Shown here piece by piece: positions 24,725-35,268 of a stretch of DNA of 64,000 nucleotides. Position 1 is the stretch's first letter; each line of letters opens with the position of its first letter. The notes below the pieces were generated by a model, which saw only the letters and a program-made list of their open reading frames with translations, did not search any database and was not told where the DNA came from. The DNA is from Cellvibrionales bacterium. GTDB taxonomy: Bacteria; Pseudomonadota; Gammaproteobacteria; Pseudomonadales; UBA7434. The position numbers and the translations under genes were made by a program. The stretch spans positions 298,930-362,929 of the forward strand of contig JBELIP010000001.1 in the NCBI GenBank assembly GCA_042090785.1, written 5' to 3'.

Positions 24725-26092
24725 TTAATTGTAAATTTGTTCCGGTAGCCAAGTAACAATTGTTGGCCAACGCACCATTAATAACAGCAGTAACAGCTGA
24801 ATTAAAATAAAAGGCGCCACGCCACGATAAATAGTACCGGTAGATATTTCTTTGGGTGCCACACCTCGCAGGTAAAAAAGTGCAAATCCAAAAGGGGGTG
24901 TTAAGAAAGACGTTTGTAAATTAACCGCAATCATAATGCCAAGCCATATTGGGTCAAAGCCCATAGCCAATAAAATAGGACCAACAATAGGCACCACAAC
25001 AAAAGTAATTTCTATAAAGTCTAAAATAAAGCCTAGCAGGAAAATAACCAGCATAACCACCAGCAATGCACCCATGCGTCCACCGGGCATATCGACAAAC
25101 AATGACTGCACTAACTCGTCGCCACCATAGGCCCTAAACACTAACGAAAACAAAGTAGCGCCCAGTAAAATCATAAATACCATACTGGTAATTTTTAGCG
25201 TCTCTCTAACCACTTGTTGTAAACGATTAAATGTTAATTGACGTTTGCAAAGCGCAATTAGCGTTGCACCCAGCGCACCAACACCAGCTGCTTCGGTTGG
25301 TGTAGCGGCGCCAGCCAGTATTGAACCTAACACTAAGAAAATAAGTACTAAGGGAGGCAGTAGGTGAGAAATAATTCGTAATGCTGATGTGTTGTTGCTG
25401 TTTTCAAAAGAAGGTGCAGCATTGGGCTTTATTGAAGAGTAAATAAAAATATAAACAAGATACAGCCCAACCAAGAGCATGCCTGGAACAAGCGCGCCAA
25501 CAAATAAGTCGCCTACCGAAATAGTTTTGGGACTAAAAATACCTTGGCTAATTTGAGCTTGTTGGTAAGCGGTAGAAAGAATGTCACCCAGTAATACTAG
25601 CGCAATAGAAGGCGGAATAATCTGCCCTAAGGTACCCGTTGCACAAATAGTCCCCGTGGCAAGCGCAGGATTATATTTATGTTTCAACATGGTGGGCAAA
25701 GACATTAAACCCATAGTAACAACGGTAGCACCAACAATACCGGTGCTAGCGGCAAGTAACATACCTACAATGACAACCGCATAACCTAAGCCGCCACGAC
25801 GCTGACCAAAAAGCGCAGCCATATTATCAAGCAGGTCCTCTGCTAGTCGCGACTTTTCAAGCATTACGCCCATAAACACAAATAGGGGCACGGCGATTAA
25901 AGTAACGTTAGTCATAACGCCAAATATGCGGCTTGGAAAGGCACCAAATAAAGCGGCATCAAACACATTAGCGGCAGCACCGACTAAGGCAAAAATAAGA
26001 GCGGTGCCAGCGAGTGAAAATGCAACGGGGTAACCGAGCATAAGCACCAAGCAAACGATAAAAAACATAAACAGAGGAATAAATTCAATCAT
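24725..26092 (-). CDS. TRAP transporter large permease (DctM family)
   Basis: 455-aa polytopic ORF, DctM-like throughout. An 8-nt gap separates it from the upstream small permease gene. Confidence 0.9.
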   Translation of the reverse strand: MIEFIPLFMFFIVCLVLMLGYPVAFSLAGTALIFALVGAAANVFDAALFGAFPSRIFGVMTNVTLIAVPLFVFMGVMLEKSRLAEDLLDNMAALFGQRRGGLGYAVVIVGMLLAASTGIVGATVVTMGLMSLPTMLKHKYNPALATGTICATGTLGQIIPPSIALVLLGDILSTAYQQAQISQGIFSPKTISVGDLFVGALVPGMLLVGLYLVYIFIYSSIKPNAAPSFENSNNTSALRIISHLLPPLVLIFLVLGSILAGAATPTEAAGVGALGATLIALCKRQLTFNRLQQVVRETLKITSMVFMILLGATLFSLVFRAYGGDELVQSLFVDMPGGRMGALLVVMLVIFLLGFILDFIEITFVVVPIVGPILLAMGFDPIWLGIMIAVNLQTSFLTPPFGFALFYLRGVAPKEISTGTIYRGVAPFILIQLLLLLLMVRWPTIVTWLPEQIYN

Positions 26093-26099
26093 CGTAACG

Positions 26100-26708
26100 T
26101 TAAACCTCTGCGTCCTGTTTATGGTTAAGCAGCGTCAAAATAGATCGGCCAATTTCAGCAATGCTTTGCAGTAATAAGCCAGCAGCCATGAGAGGAATGA
26201 GCGTTTTGAGTAAATAGACAAAAGGCAGACCGCCGGTATCGGAAGAGTGCTCTTTGAATTGCCATGCCTGCTGCACATAATGAAAGCTAGTGATAAAAAT
26301 AAACACACATAGAGGCATGACAAAAATGACGGCTCCCAATAAATTAATAGCGGCTTTTTTCTGAGGACTAAATTGGCGATAAAATATATCGACGCGGACA
26401 TGACCATCAATTTTAAGCGTATATGCAACACCTAACATAAAGCATGTTGCATGCAGGTAGCTGACAGAGTCCTGCAAGGCAATGGAGCCGATATCAAAAC
26501 CGTAACGTAATATAACAATTAAGCTTTGCACCACCACCATCAACACGAGTAGCCACGCAATCGCATGACCTATACGTAATGTCAATTTATCAATTATGGT
26601 TACTGTAGACGTAATAGCGGTTGTTAATGGTGTCACTTGTGTCGGTAATAAAAGTGATTGTTGTTGATTATGGTTATTCACATTGTATCCCATAGGGGTT
26701 TTTGGCAA
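26100..26708 (-). CDS. TRAP transporter small permease (DctQ family)
   Basis: 202-aa ORF with four predicted TM segments, directly upstream of dctM. The N-terminal ~35 aa is polar and the true start may be further downstream. Confidence 0.8.
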   Translation of the reverse strand: MPKTPMGYNVNNHNQQQSLLLPTQVTPLTTAITSTVTIIDKLTLRIGHAIAWLLVLMVVVQSLIVILRYGFDIGSIALQDSVSYLHATCFMLGVAYTLKIDGHVRVDIFYRQFSPQKKAAINLLGAVIFVMPLCVFIFITSFHYVQQAWQFKEHSSDTGGLPFVYLLKTLIPLMAAGLLLQSIAEIGRSILTLLNHKQDAEV

Positions 26709-26868
26709 AAAGCATTCAGCGGCTATTAAAAACCATTATAAGGCTGATTATACACATGCAACCGCAGCCATGATAAAGTGGATATGTGGCTGTTGCTTAT
26801 TGTTCAATTATATTCTTACTTAATTACTGCCGGTTGGTGCTCGCCGACAAGTTTACGAGAGAGTTATC

Positions 26869-27078
26869 ATGCAAGGCAAAAGGTTTATGTGTTTAGTCTT
26901 AATGTTTGGTTTAAGCGGCTGCGAACAATCAATGAATATTAGCGATAAAGCGCTTATTGGCCATATTGAAGAATGCTTATCTAATGACAATTTAACGCCT
27001 GGCATGGCCGTTGCCTGCGGTAACTATCAAAAAGAATGTCAGCGTCGTGGAAAGAAAACCGGCAATTATATTTGCTAG
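26869..27078 (+). CDS. Small Cys-rich putative lipoprotein (hypothetical)
   Basis: 69-aa ORF with a signal peptide and lipobox (MFGLSGC) and five further Cys residues. I recognise no homolog. Confidence 0.45.
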   Translation: MQGKRFMCLVLMFGLSGCEQSMNISDKALIGHIEECLSNDNLTPGMAVACGNYQKECQRRGKKTGNYIC

Positions 27079-27113
27079 CGTTATCTACGGTGGTTGCTGC
27101 TAGCGGCTTTGGG

Positions 27114-28424
27114 TTATCGACAACTTTCCTGCAAGGCCAATAATTTTTGCTGGAGTGATTGTTGGTTTTGTGGGCTAGCCTGAGCGGCTTGTCGATAATA
27201 TTTTGCCGCATCTGCGCAAAGGTCTTGTTCTTCAGCAATTTCACCTAATTTAATATAAGCAATTTGGGTCGGTGCTAGTAGTAAGCTGGCTTGTAAGTCA
27301 CGTTCGGCTGCCTGATATGAGCGTAGTTCATAGCGTAAAATACCGCGGCGTAAAATCGGCGAATAATACTGGTCGTTAAGTGCTATCGCTTGATCGAACG
27401 ACTTTAAGGCATCGCTTGAACGGTTGAGTTTTGTTTGTGCAGCGCCCTTTACCTCATAAAATTCGCTTTCTAAGGGTTCAATTTTTATCGCTTGGTTTGC
27501 AAGCTTAATTGCGTCAGCATACTTTTTTTCGCCAATGGCTTTTTTCGCTTTATCCGATAAATCATAGGCGGGCTTGCGAGCCATTAATTTTTTCATTTCT
27601 TGTTGGTAGCGAAGCTTACCACGCTCACCACCACGCTCAAGTGACCATGCAGTCTGTTGATTAGCGGCAACACGCGCTTGCGAAGGTGGGTGAGAAGCAA
27701 AGAGCAAGCTAAATGCGTCACTACGACGATCTTTAGAAAGCTCGACAAACGTTTTTTGTAAGCTAACGGCTGCTTCTGGGTTATATCCGGCAGCACTCAT
27801 ATACTGCATGCCATACAGATCGGCTTCTAGTTCACGACTACGACTGTAGCGCGTTTGTCCATAGAGTCCGGTATAGGCAATACCTTGCTGCAGTGCCTTA
27901 TTGTTGTAACCCGAGTTAGATAATAAGACGCTAGCGGCAAGCTGACCGACCGAAATGAGTGAGCCGACTTCTTGGCTTTGCGCCGAATGCCTAGCATCGG
28001 CATGGACAATTTCATGGGCTAAGACAGCAGCAAGTTCAGCCTCGCTGTTTAATGAAACTAACAAGCCGCGGTTTATGGCTATTTTGCCACCCGGTAGTGC
28101 CCAAGCATTAGGGGTAGAATTGTTTAGCACAATAAAATCGTAGGGAAGGTGAGAGCGTTTGCTATACTGGGCTAGCTTTTTTCCAACTGAGCGAACATAA
28201 AGCGTTAGGTCCGGGTCTATGGTGTAGGGGCCACCACCGGCTTGTTGCTGATGGCTATAATGCTGCTCGCCAATATTACGCTCCCAGTTTTCATCGACCC
28301 AAGCGAGCTCTTGTTTGCCAGTAACTGGGTTAACAGAGCAAGACAATAGCGAGAGTAATAACGTTACATTGAGAACAATAAAGGCCAGTGCTGATATCGG
28401 GTGACGTGTAGACATAATGCGCAT
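27114..28424 (-). CDS. M48 family zinc metalloprotease with C-terminal TPR-like repeats (BepA/YfgC-like)
   Basis: 436-aa ORF with an N-terminal signal/lipobox (LLSLLSC), the zinc motif HEIVHADARH (HExxH) and a helical-repeat C-terminal third. Confidence 0.85.
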   Translation of the reverse strand: MRIMSTRHPISALAFIVLNVTLLLSLLSCSVNPVTGKQELAWVDENWERNIGEQHYSHQQQAGGGPYTIDPDLTLYVRSVGKKLAQYSKRSHLPYDFIVLNNSTPNAWALPGGKIAINRGLLVSLNSEAELAAVLAHEIVHADARHSAQSQEVGSLISVGQLAASVLLSNSGYNNKALQQGIAYTGLYGQTRYSRSRELEADLYGMQYMSAAGYNPEAAVSLQKTFVELSKDRRSDAFSLLFASHPPSQARVAANQQTAWSLERGGERGKLRYQQEMKKLMARKPAYDLSDKAKKAIGEKKYADAIKLANQAIKIEPLESEFYEVKGAAQTKLNRSSDALKSFDQAIALNDQYYSPILRRGILRYELRSYQAAERDLQASLLLAPTQIAYIKLGEIAEEQDLCADAAKYYRQAAQASPQNQQSLQQKLLALQESCR

Positions 28425-28666
28425 AATAAATCTGTCCGTTACAGAGGCTTAACATTTATTCGCTAAAGTAAAAAAAGTAATACGACTCAAGCAGCGAGTG
28501 ATTGTAAAATAGACCTTAATTCTGGGTCATAGTTTGCCCTATAGTGTCAGCGATTGTCGTGGTAAATGGCAAGTTGTTAGGCACAAATTTTGCCAAAATT
28601 TTACTTGAGTGGTAATTTAAGCGGCTTACATACAAATTAGTTAACTGACTAGAAAGGCACCGATTT

Positions 28667-29446
28667 ATGCTTGTTGTAATTTCTCCCGCAAAAACCTTGG
28701 ATTTTGAAACGCCAGCGATTACTAATAAGGCCACCAAGCCATTAATGATAAAAGATTCTACTGAGCTAGTAGAGCTTATGCGTGAATACGCGCCAGACGA
28801 TATTGTTAATTTAATGGGTGTAAGCCAAAAAATAGGTGAGTTGAATTCAGAGCGGTTTATGAACTGGCATACTCCTTTTACCAAAAAAAATGCTAAGCAA
28901 GCACTATTAGCGTTTAAGGGCGATGTTTACACAGGTTTAAATGCAGAAACATTTGACGACGATGATTTTGATTTTGCTCAATCACATTTACGAATATTAA
29001 GCGGTTTATACGGTGTATTAAAACCGTTAGATTTAATTCAAGCCTATCGCTTAGAGATGGGTATAAAACTACAAACTGATAGAGGTAAAAACCTTTATGA
29101 GTTTTGGGGTAATAAGCCAAGCAGCGCACTTAAAAAACAATTAGCCAGTTTAAAGTCGAATGTGCTTATTAATTTAGCCTCAAACGAATACTTTAACGTT
29201 GTAGATAAAAAACTATTAGACGCTGAAATTATTACGCCAGTGTTTAAAGATTTTAAAAACGGCAAATACAAAATAATAAGCTTTTATGCTAAAAAAGCGC
29301 GCGGCTTAATGAGTGCTTATATTATTAAACACCGCATAGAAGACCCAGCTAAACTTAAAAAATTCAATGTGGCTGGGTATCGCTTTGATAAAGCGTCATC
29401 CGACGCTAAGCAGTGGGTATTTTTACGTGATGAACAGGTTAAATAA
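28667..29446 (+). CDS. yaaA: Peroxide stress protein YaaA (DUF328)
   Basis: 259-aa ORF with the characteristic N-terminus MLVVISPAKTLD and full-length YaaA-like sequence. Confidence 0.9.
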   Translation: MLVVISPAKTLDFETPAITNKATKPLMIKDSTELVELMREYAPDDIVNLMGVSQKIGELNSERFMNWHTPFTKKNAKQALLAFKGDVYTGLNAETFDDDDFDFAQSHLRILSGLYGVLKPLDLIQAYRLEMGIKLQTDRGKNLYEFWGNKPSSALKKQLASLKSNVLINLASNEYFNVVDKKLLDAEIITPVFKDFKNGKYKIISFYAKKARGLMSAYIIKHRIEDPAKLKKFNVAGYRFDKASSDAKQWVFLRDEQVK

Positions 29447-29485
29447 TTGCTGAATTTAATGCTGGTTTAACTGAGGATTTTACGC

Positions 29486-30061
29486 ATGAGTTTTATTAAA
29501 TCCGAATCGCTCCGCAATCAATTTTTGATAGCGACGCCATCATTAGACGATGGTATTTTTAAATCTAGCGTGACCTATATCTGTGAGCATGATGAGCAAG
29601 GTGCAATGGGCATTATTATTAATCGCCCCTCAGATATAAAATTTAATGATTTACTAAAAGAGTTTGATGCAAGAGAAGCGTCAGGCCTGAATACCCAGCC
29701 GGTTATGGTAGGTGGCCCTATTGGTTTAGAACGAGGGTTTGTTTTACATCAAACACCAGCGAATACCATAGAGTGGTTATCGACCCTACAAATAACAAAC
29801 GACATTGCATTAACCGGCTCTAAAGATATTTTAACTGCATTAGGTGAAGGCGAAGGCCCCGATAAATTTTTGTTTATACTTGGCTATGCTGGTTGGGGTG
29901 CAGGCCAATTAGAACAAGAGCTGATGGAAAATTCATGGCTAACATCACCAGCAACGCCAGAGATTTTGTTTTCTACGCCTTACCACTTAAGGGCGGAAGC
30001 CGCAGCAAAACTACTCGGTGTTGATTTAAGTGCACTTGCTACACAACCTGGCAATGCCTAA
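29486..30061 (+). CDS. yqgE: YqgE/AlgH family protein (UPF0301)
   Basis: 191-aa ORF (FLIATPSLDDGIFKSSVTYICEHDEQGAMGIIINRP). Conserved yqgE-ruvX pair. Confidence 0.9.
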   Translation: MSFIKSESLRNQFLIATPSLDDGIFKSSVTYICEHDEQGAMGIIINRPSDIKFNDLLKEFDAREASGLNTQPVMVGGPIGLERGFVLHQTPANTIEWLSTLQITNDIALTGSKDILTALGEGEGPDKFLFILGYAGWGAGQLEQELMENSWLTSPATPEILFSTPYHLRAEAAAKLLGVDLSALATQPGNA

Positions 30062-30079
30062 CAGTTAAGTGAATTATTT

Positions 30080-30568
30080 ATGTCCGATACAAACAGCTCC
30101 GATAACAATAAAATTATATTAGGTTTTGATTTTGGCCTAAAGCAAATAGGCTTAGCTGTTGGCCAAACGCTAACAAAGACAGCTCGGCCATTAATTGTAC
30201 TTAAGGCCAAAGATGGCAAGCCGCAGTGGCAGGAAATTCAAGACCAGATAGCGCAATGGACACCAGATTATTTAGTGGTTGGCTTACCATTGAATATGGA
30301 TGGCACAGAAAGCGAAATGTCGGCAAGGGCAAGAAAATTTGCTAACCGTTTGCATGGGCGTTTTGGTTGTGTCGTAGAGTTGTGTGATGAAAGATTGTCG
30401 AGTGCCGAAGCAAAATCGCAATTAGCGGAAGGTAGAGAAGCCTTACGCCATGCTACAAGTGCTGAAGACATTGAGCAACATGGACATGCACTGGGTCGCA
30501 ATAAGCGCGACGGCACCGTTGATGCCATTGCCGCGCAGTTAATTATTGAAAGCTGGCTATGTCGCTAG
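30080..30568 (+). CDS. ruvX: Holliday junction resolvase-like / pre-16S rRNA nuclease RuvX (YqgF)
   Basis: 162-aa ORF with the motif ILGFDFGLKQIGLAVG and a DERLSS motif. Sits downstream of yqgE. The C-terminal tail is longer than in E. coli. Confidence 0.9.
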   Translation: MSDTNSSDNNKIILGFDFGLKQIGLAVGQTLTKTARPLIVLKAKDGKPQWQEIQDQIAQWTPDYLVVGLPLNMDGTESEMSARARKFANRLHGRFGCVVELCDERLSSAEAKSQLAEGREALRHATSAEDIEQHGHALGRNKRDGTVDAIAAQLIIESWLCR

Positions 30569-30581
30569 CAGCAATATCTTC

Positions 30582-31727
30582 TTAACGCAGGAAGCGCTTC
30601 GAAGAATCATCGCTTTTTTCTAACGTTAATCCTTGGGTCGATTTTTCTAACACTTCAGCATTGTCATCGCGTTCAAGTTTAATCATTAATCGTAAATCAT
30701 TTGCTGAATCAGCATGTGCTATTGCGTCTTCATAGGTAATTTCGCCGCGTGTATACAGCGTATAAAGCGCTTGATCAAAAGTCTGCATGCCTTGCTCGCT
30801 AGAGCGTTTCATTAAATCTTTGAGTTTTCTCACATCGCCCTTACTAATAAGGTCGGCCGCAAGGGGAGTATTTAATAATACTTCTACAACAGCACGTCGG
30901 CTATTACCATCAGGAGTAGGCACAAGTTGTTGCGCAATCATACCGCGTAAGTTAAGCGATAAATCCATCCATAACTGTGGGTGACGTTCGGCAGGAAAAA
31001 AATGCAATATACGATCTAGTGCTTGGTTGGCATTATTAGCGTGTAACGTACATAAACATAAGTGACCAGTCTCGGAAAAAGTAATAGCTTGTTCCATTGC
31101 TTCGCGGGTACGAATTTCGCCAATCATAATAACATCTGGGGCTTGTCGTAACATATTTTTTAATGCCACTTCAAAGCTTTCCGTATCTATGCCTACTTCA
31201 CGCTGCGTAACAATACAGCCGTCGTGTTGGTGAATAAATTCAATAGGGTCTTCAACGCTGATAATATGGCCGCGACTATTTTGGTTGCGATGCCCAATCA
31301 TTGACGCCAGCGATGTCGATTTACCGGTTCCAGTAGCGCCGACAAAAACAACTAAGCCTCGCTTAGTCATGGACAAATCTTTCACAATATCAGGCAAGCC
31401 TAAATCATCTATTTGTGGGATATGTGTTTCTATACGTCGAATAACAATACCGGTTAAATTACGCTGGTAAAAAGCACTGGCGCGAAAGCGGCCAACGCCA
31501 CGTGCACTAACGGCAAAGTTAAGTTCTTTTGTTTTAACAAATTCTTTACGTTGATCTTCGTTCATTACGCTAAGTACGGCTTCGCGTGTTGCTTCCGGCG
31601 AAAGCGGCGTATTACTTACCGGCACAACTTTGCCATTAAGTTTAATGCTAGGCGGTACGCCGGCGGTAATAAAAAGATCAGAGGCGCCTTTTTCTACCAT
31701 ACTGGTTAGTAGTGAATATATATCCAT
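30582..31727 (-). CDS. pilU: Type IV pilus retraction ATPase PilU
   Basis: 381-aa ORF with Walker A GATGTGKST. PilT-family sequence lying downstream of pilT. Confidence 0.88.
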   Translation of the reverse strand: MDIYSLLTSMVEKGASDLFITAGVPPSIKLNGKVVPVSNTPLSPEATREAVLSVMNEDQRKEFVKTKELNFAVSARGVGRFRASAFYQRNLTGIVIRRIETHIPQIDDLGLPDIVKDLSMTKRGLVVFVGATGTGKSTSLASMIGHRNQNSRGHIISVEDPIEFIHQHDGCIVTQREVGIDTESFEVALKNMLRQAPDVIMIGEIRTREAMEQAITFSETGHLCLCTLHANNANQALDRILHFFPAERHPQLWMDLSLNLRGMIAQQLVPTPDGNSRRAVVEVLLNTPLAADLISKGDVRKLKDLMKRSSEQGMQTFDQALYTLYTRGEITYEDAIAHADSANDLRLMIKLERDDNAEVLEKSTQGLTLEKSDDSSKRFLR

Positions 31728-31756
31728 TAAAAAATCTCTAACTGGGTGTTAAAAAA

Positions 31757-32791
31757 TTAAAAACTCTCTGGCATTTTTGCAATTTCTTTTGCCGCATCGC
31801 GTGAAATAGTGCGGTTAGCAACTAATGCAGCAAGACACTGATCCATAGTTTGCATGCCTAAGTTTCCACCTGTTTGAATGGCAGAATACATTTGCGCGAC
31901 TTTATCTTCGCGAATTAAATTTCGAATGGCGGGGGTGCCAATCATAATTTCGTGGGCAGCTACTCGACCACCACCGCTGCGTTTAATTAATGTTTGTGAA
32001 ATAACGGCCTGTAAACTTTCTGACAGCATTGAACGCACCATATCTTTTTCTGCAGCAGGAAAAACATCCACAATTCGGTCAATGGTTTTTGCGGCGGAGG
32101 TGGTGTGTAATGTGCCAAAAACTAAGTGGCCAGTTTCGGCAGCGGTTAGCGCTAGGCGAATGGTTTCTAAATCACGAAGCTCACCAACTAAAATAATATC
32201 CGGATCTTCACGTAAAGCTGATCGCAGTGCCTCGTTAAAACCGTGCGTATGTCTGTGGACTTCTCGCTGGTTAACCAAGCATTTTTTACTCTCATGTACA
32301 AATTCAATAGGGTCTTCAATGGTTAAGATATGGTCGTAGCGATGCTCATTAATAAAGTCGACCATAGCGGCTAACGAGGTCGACTTACCAGAACCGGTTG
32401 GGCCGGTCACTAGCACTAAGCCACGCGGTATGGCTGCGATATCACGAAACACTTGTCCCATGGACAAATCTTCCATAGAAAGCACCTTGGAAGGGATGGT
32501 TCTAAATACCGCACCCGCACCACGATTTTGATTAAAGGCATTAACCCTAAAGCGGGCAACGCCGGGCACTTCAAACGAAAAATCAGTTTCTAGGTATTCT
32601 TCAAAATCTTTACGTTGGCCATCGTTCATAATTTCGTAAATAAGGTCATGCACCGCTTTTTGTTCCAGCGCCGGTAAATTAACACGACGTACATCGCCAT
32701 CGACGCGAATCATCGGTGGTAGGCCAGCCGATAAATGTAAATCAGAGGCATTTTGTTTTGCGCTAAAAGCCAATAATTCCGTGATATCCAT
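31757..32791 (-). CDS. pilT: Type IV pilus twitching motility ATPase PilT
   Basis: 344-aa ORF with Walker A GPTGSGKST and the AIRNLIRE motif typical of PilT. Confidence 0.93.
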   Translation of the reverse strand: MDITELLAFSAKQNASDLHLSAGLPPMIRVDGDVRRVNLPALEQKAVHDLIYEIMNDGQRKDFEEYLETDFSFEVPGVARFRVNAFNQNRGAGAVFRTIPSKVLSMEDLSMGQVFRDIAAIPRGLVLVTGPTGSGKSTSLAAMVDFINEHRYDHILTIEDPIEFVHESKKCLVNQREVHRHTHGFNEALRSALREDPDIILVGELRDLETIRLALTAAETGHLVFGTLHTTSAAKTIDRIVDVFPAAEKDMVRSMLSESLQAVISQTLIKRSGGGRVAAHEIMIGTPAIRNLIREDKVAQMYSAIQTGGNLGMQTMDQCLAALVANRTISRDAAKEIAKMPESF

Positions 32792-33007
32792 AAAGTGCCC
32801 TGTTGTTTAAATGGTTTAAAGTTATCTTGTTGGTTAAATGCTTCAAAGCCGTCTTATTGGTTGTGCGGTCAAGTTAAAAAGCCGCGTGAAAAAGAGGCCT
32901 GCAGTAGCGCTAGAACAGTTGCTGAACTTTTGCGACAAACCGATTAAAATCCACTCTTTGTATTGTTAAGTTAAAGCCGATATTCGGGCTGGTGAATCTA
33001 TAAACAA

Positions 33008-33715
33008 ATGATAGCTATTGATCAAAATATTTCTGATGTTCGTGCAAGAATTAAGCAGGCTGCCACACTTTATTCGCGTGAAAGCTCGACTATCGCACTC
33101 CTTGCCGTGAGTAAAAAACAGCCCGTCAGTGCCATTCAAGCAGCAGTTGCCGCAGGTATTAATGACTTTGGCGAAAATTATTTGCAAGAAGCTGAGACTA
33201 AAATACACGAACTTCGCGGAATTTCGCTAAAATGGCATTATATTGGCTCAATCCAGTCAAATAAAACTCGTACCATTGCAGCGCTATTTGACTGGGTACA
33301 CAGTGTCGATCGAGTCAGTATTGCTCAACGCTTAAGCAATCAGCGCTCCCAAGATTTAGTGCCTCTTAATATTTGCCTGCAAATTAATATTGACGCCGAA
33401 GACAGTAAGTCTGGTTTGCTACCCTCAGAGGTGCTTGAGGTTGTTAAACAAATCAATAGCCTGCCTAACTTGTGCATTCGCGGGCTAATGGCCATTCCAG
33501 CCAAATCAACCGATATTCAGCTTACGCGAGCCAGTTTTGCGCGAATGCGTGAATTGTTTGAGCAAGTTGCGCAACTGCAAAAGCAGCAACTAGGTGATAG
33601 CTCGAGTTTTGACACCTTATCGATGGGAATGTCCGCAGATATTGAGCCGGCCATTGCCGAGGGTGCTACTTTATTGCGTGTAGGGACTGATATTTTTGGT
33701 GCGCGCAGTTCATAA
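33008..33715 (+). CDS. yggS: PLP homeostasis protein YggS
   Basis: 235-aa ORF with the PLP-lysine context LLAVSKKQP and an alanine-racemase-N fold. Divergent from pilT and followed by proC-yggT, a common arrangement. Confidence 0.9.
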   Translation: MIAIDQNISDVRARIKQAATLYSRESSTIALLAVSKKQPVSAIQAAVAAGINDFGENYLQEAETKIHELRGISLKWHYIGSIQSNKTRTIAALFDWVHSVDRVSIAQRLSNQRSQDLVPLNICLQINIDAEDSKSGLLPSEVLEVVKQINSLPNLCIRGLMAIPAKSTDIQLTRASFARMRELFEQVAQLQKQQLGDSSSFDTLSMGMSADIEPAIAEGATLLRVGTDIFGARSS

Positions 33716-33776
33716 TGGCATCTTATTACTCACACTATCATTTTATGTTTAAGCCGCTTATCAAGCCGGAGTTGTT

Positions 33777-34640
33777 TTGACCCAATTAACAGATCATTTG
33801 CCTACTAGAAGTGCAGATACACAAATCGCAAAAATTGCTTTTATTGGTGCCGGCAATATGGCCCGCAGTTTAATTGGTGGCTTATTAAAGCAGGGTTATC
33901 CCGCCGATCATATTGCTTGCAGCGATCCAGTGAAAGCAAGTTTAGCGGCCATTGCAGAAATGGGCGCAGTGAATACATCCACCATTAACGCCGATATTAT
34001 TGCCACTGCAGATGTTGTTATCTTGGCGGTTAAGCCTCAGGTTATGCGTGACGTATTAGCGCCGCTCAAAGATTTACTGACCAGTAAAAAACCGTTATTG
34101 ATATCAATCGCAGCAGGTATTGAAAGTAATAGCCTGCAAAATTGGGCTGGCGAAGCTGTGCCAATTGTCCGCTGCATGCCTAACACGCCAGCGTTGTTGC
34201 AGGTGGGAGCGACAGGTTTATATGCAACGAGTGACGTAACCTCAACGCAACGTGAAACGGCAGAAACTATTTTGTCAGCTGTGGGTATTGTTGTTTGGGC
34301 TAATGAAGAAAGCGAGTTAGATGCAGTGACAGCTGTTTCGGGTAGCGGGCCTGCTTATTTCTTTTTATTAATGGAAGCCATGCAGCAAGTAGGTGAGCAA
34401 TTAGGTTTATCAGACGAAGCGGCAGCACAATTAACACAGCAAACAGCATTAGGTGCAGCGCGTATGGCGTTAGAAAGTGATGTCGATGTTGCTGAGTTAC
34501 GTAAACGAGTGACCTCACCTAACGGCACAACACAGGCGGCCGTAGAAAGCTTTCAAGCAAATGACATTCATGGCATGGTAGAAAAAGCATTAAACGCTGC
34601 ATTTACACGCTCGCAAGCCTTGGCAAAAGAATTAGGTTAG
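33777..34640 (+). CDS. proC: Pyrroline-5-carboxylate reductase ProC
   Basis: 287-aa ORF with a TTG start, Rossmann motif IAFIGAGNMA and the C-terminal motif VTSPNGTTQAA. Confidence 0.9.
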   Translation: MTQLTDHLPTRSADTQIAKIAFIGAGNMARSLIGGLLKQGYPADHIACSDPVKASLAAIAEMGAVNTSTINADIIATADVVILAVKPQVMRDVLAPLKDLLTSKKPLLISIAAGIESNSLQNWAGEAVPIVRCMPNTPALLQVGATGLYATSDVTSTQRETAETILSAVGIVVWANEESELDAVTAVSGSGPAYFFLLMEAMQQVGEQLGLSDEAAAQLTQQTALGAARMALESDVDVAELRKRVTSPNGTTQAAVESFQANDIHGMVEKALNAAFTRSQALAKELG

Positions 34641-34696
34641 TTTTAGCAGGCACTAGCCGTTATTTTTTAAATTAATTGAAAAGAGAAATACATTAA

Positions 34697-35260
34697 ATGA
34701 TAAGCCAAATTTTAGAATTATTAATTACGTCTATTATTGAACTATATACCATGGTGGTATTGCTTCGTTTAATGATGCAGCTAGCACGCGCTGATTTTTA
34801 TAATCCTTTATCACAATTCATTGTTAAAGCAACTGACCCATTACTAAAACCGTTACGGCGTTTTATTCCCGGTTTATGGGGTATTGATATGCCATCGGTT
34901 GTGTTGGCGTTATTAGTCCAAATGGTTGGTCTTTTTGTCATGATGGTGCTTAAAGGCAGTATCAGTACTAGCCCCATGCTTTATTTATTATTAGGTTTGT
35001 TCGGTGTTATTAATATTGGTTTAAAGGTTGCATTTTTTGCCATTATTATTGTTATTGTCGTTAGCTGGGTTGCCCCCCAATCTTACAATCCTGCAGTGTC
35101 TTTACTGCGCCAAATTAGTGATCCTATTATGGCGCCGTTTAGAAAAATTATTCCGCCAATGGGCGGCTTAGATTTTTCGCCAATGATTGCTATGTTTGTT
35201 ATTCATGTACTGCGATCTATTATTTTGCCTAATATATTTTTAGCAATTGGCGGGGGTTAA
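34697..35260 (+). CDS. yggT: YggT family membrane protein
   Basis: 187-aa hydrophobic ORF with a duplicated YGGT-type repeat. Conserved position after proC. Confidence 0.85.
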   Translation: MISQILELLITSIIELYTMVVLLRLMMQLARADFYNPLSQFIVKATDPLLKPLRRFIPGLWGIDMPSVVLALLVQMVGLFVMMVLKGSISTSPMLYLLLGLFGVINIGLKVAFFAIIIVIVVSWVAPQSYNPAVSLLRQISDPIMAPFRKIIPPMGGLDFSPMIAMFVIHVLRSIILPNIFLAIGGG

Positions 35261-35268
35261 GGTTTTAT

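Noticed and set aside
28516-28884. 122-aa minus-strand ORF spanning the yaaA start region
   Set aside because: It overlaps the well-supported yaaA N-terminus and its upstream region. The product is not similar to anything I recognise. Likely spurious.
31878-32339. 153-aa plus-strand ORF inside pilT
   Set aside because: It is a shadow ORF antisense to a highly conserved ATPase gene, with no independent signal.
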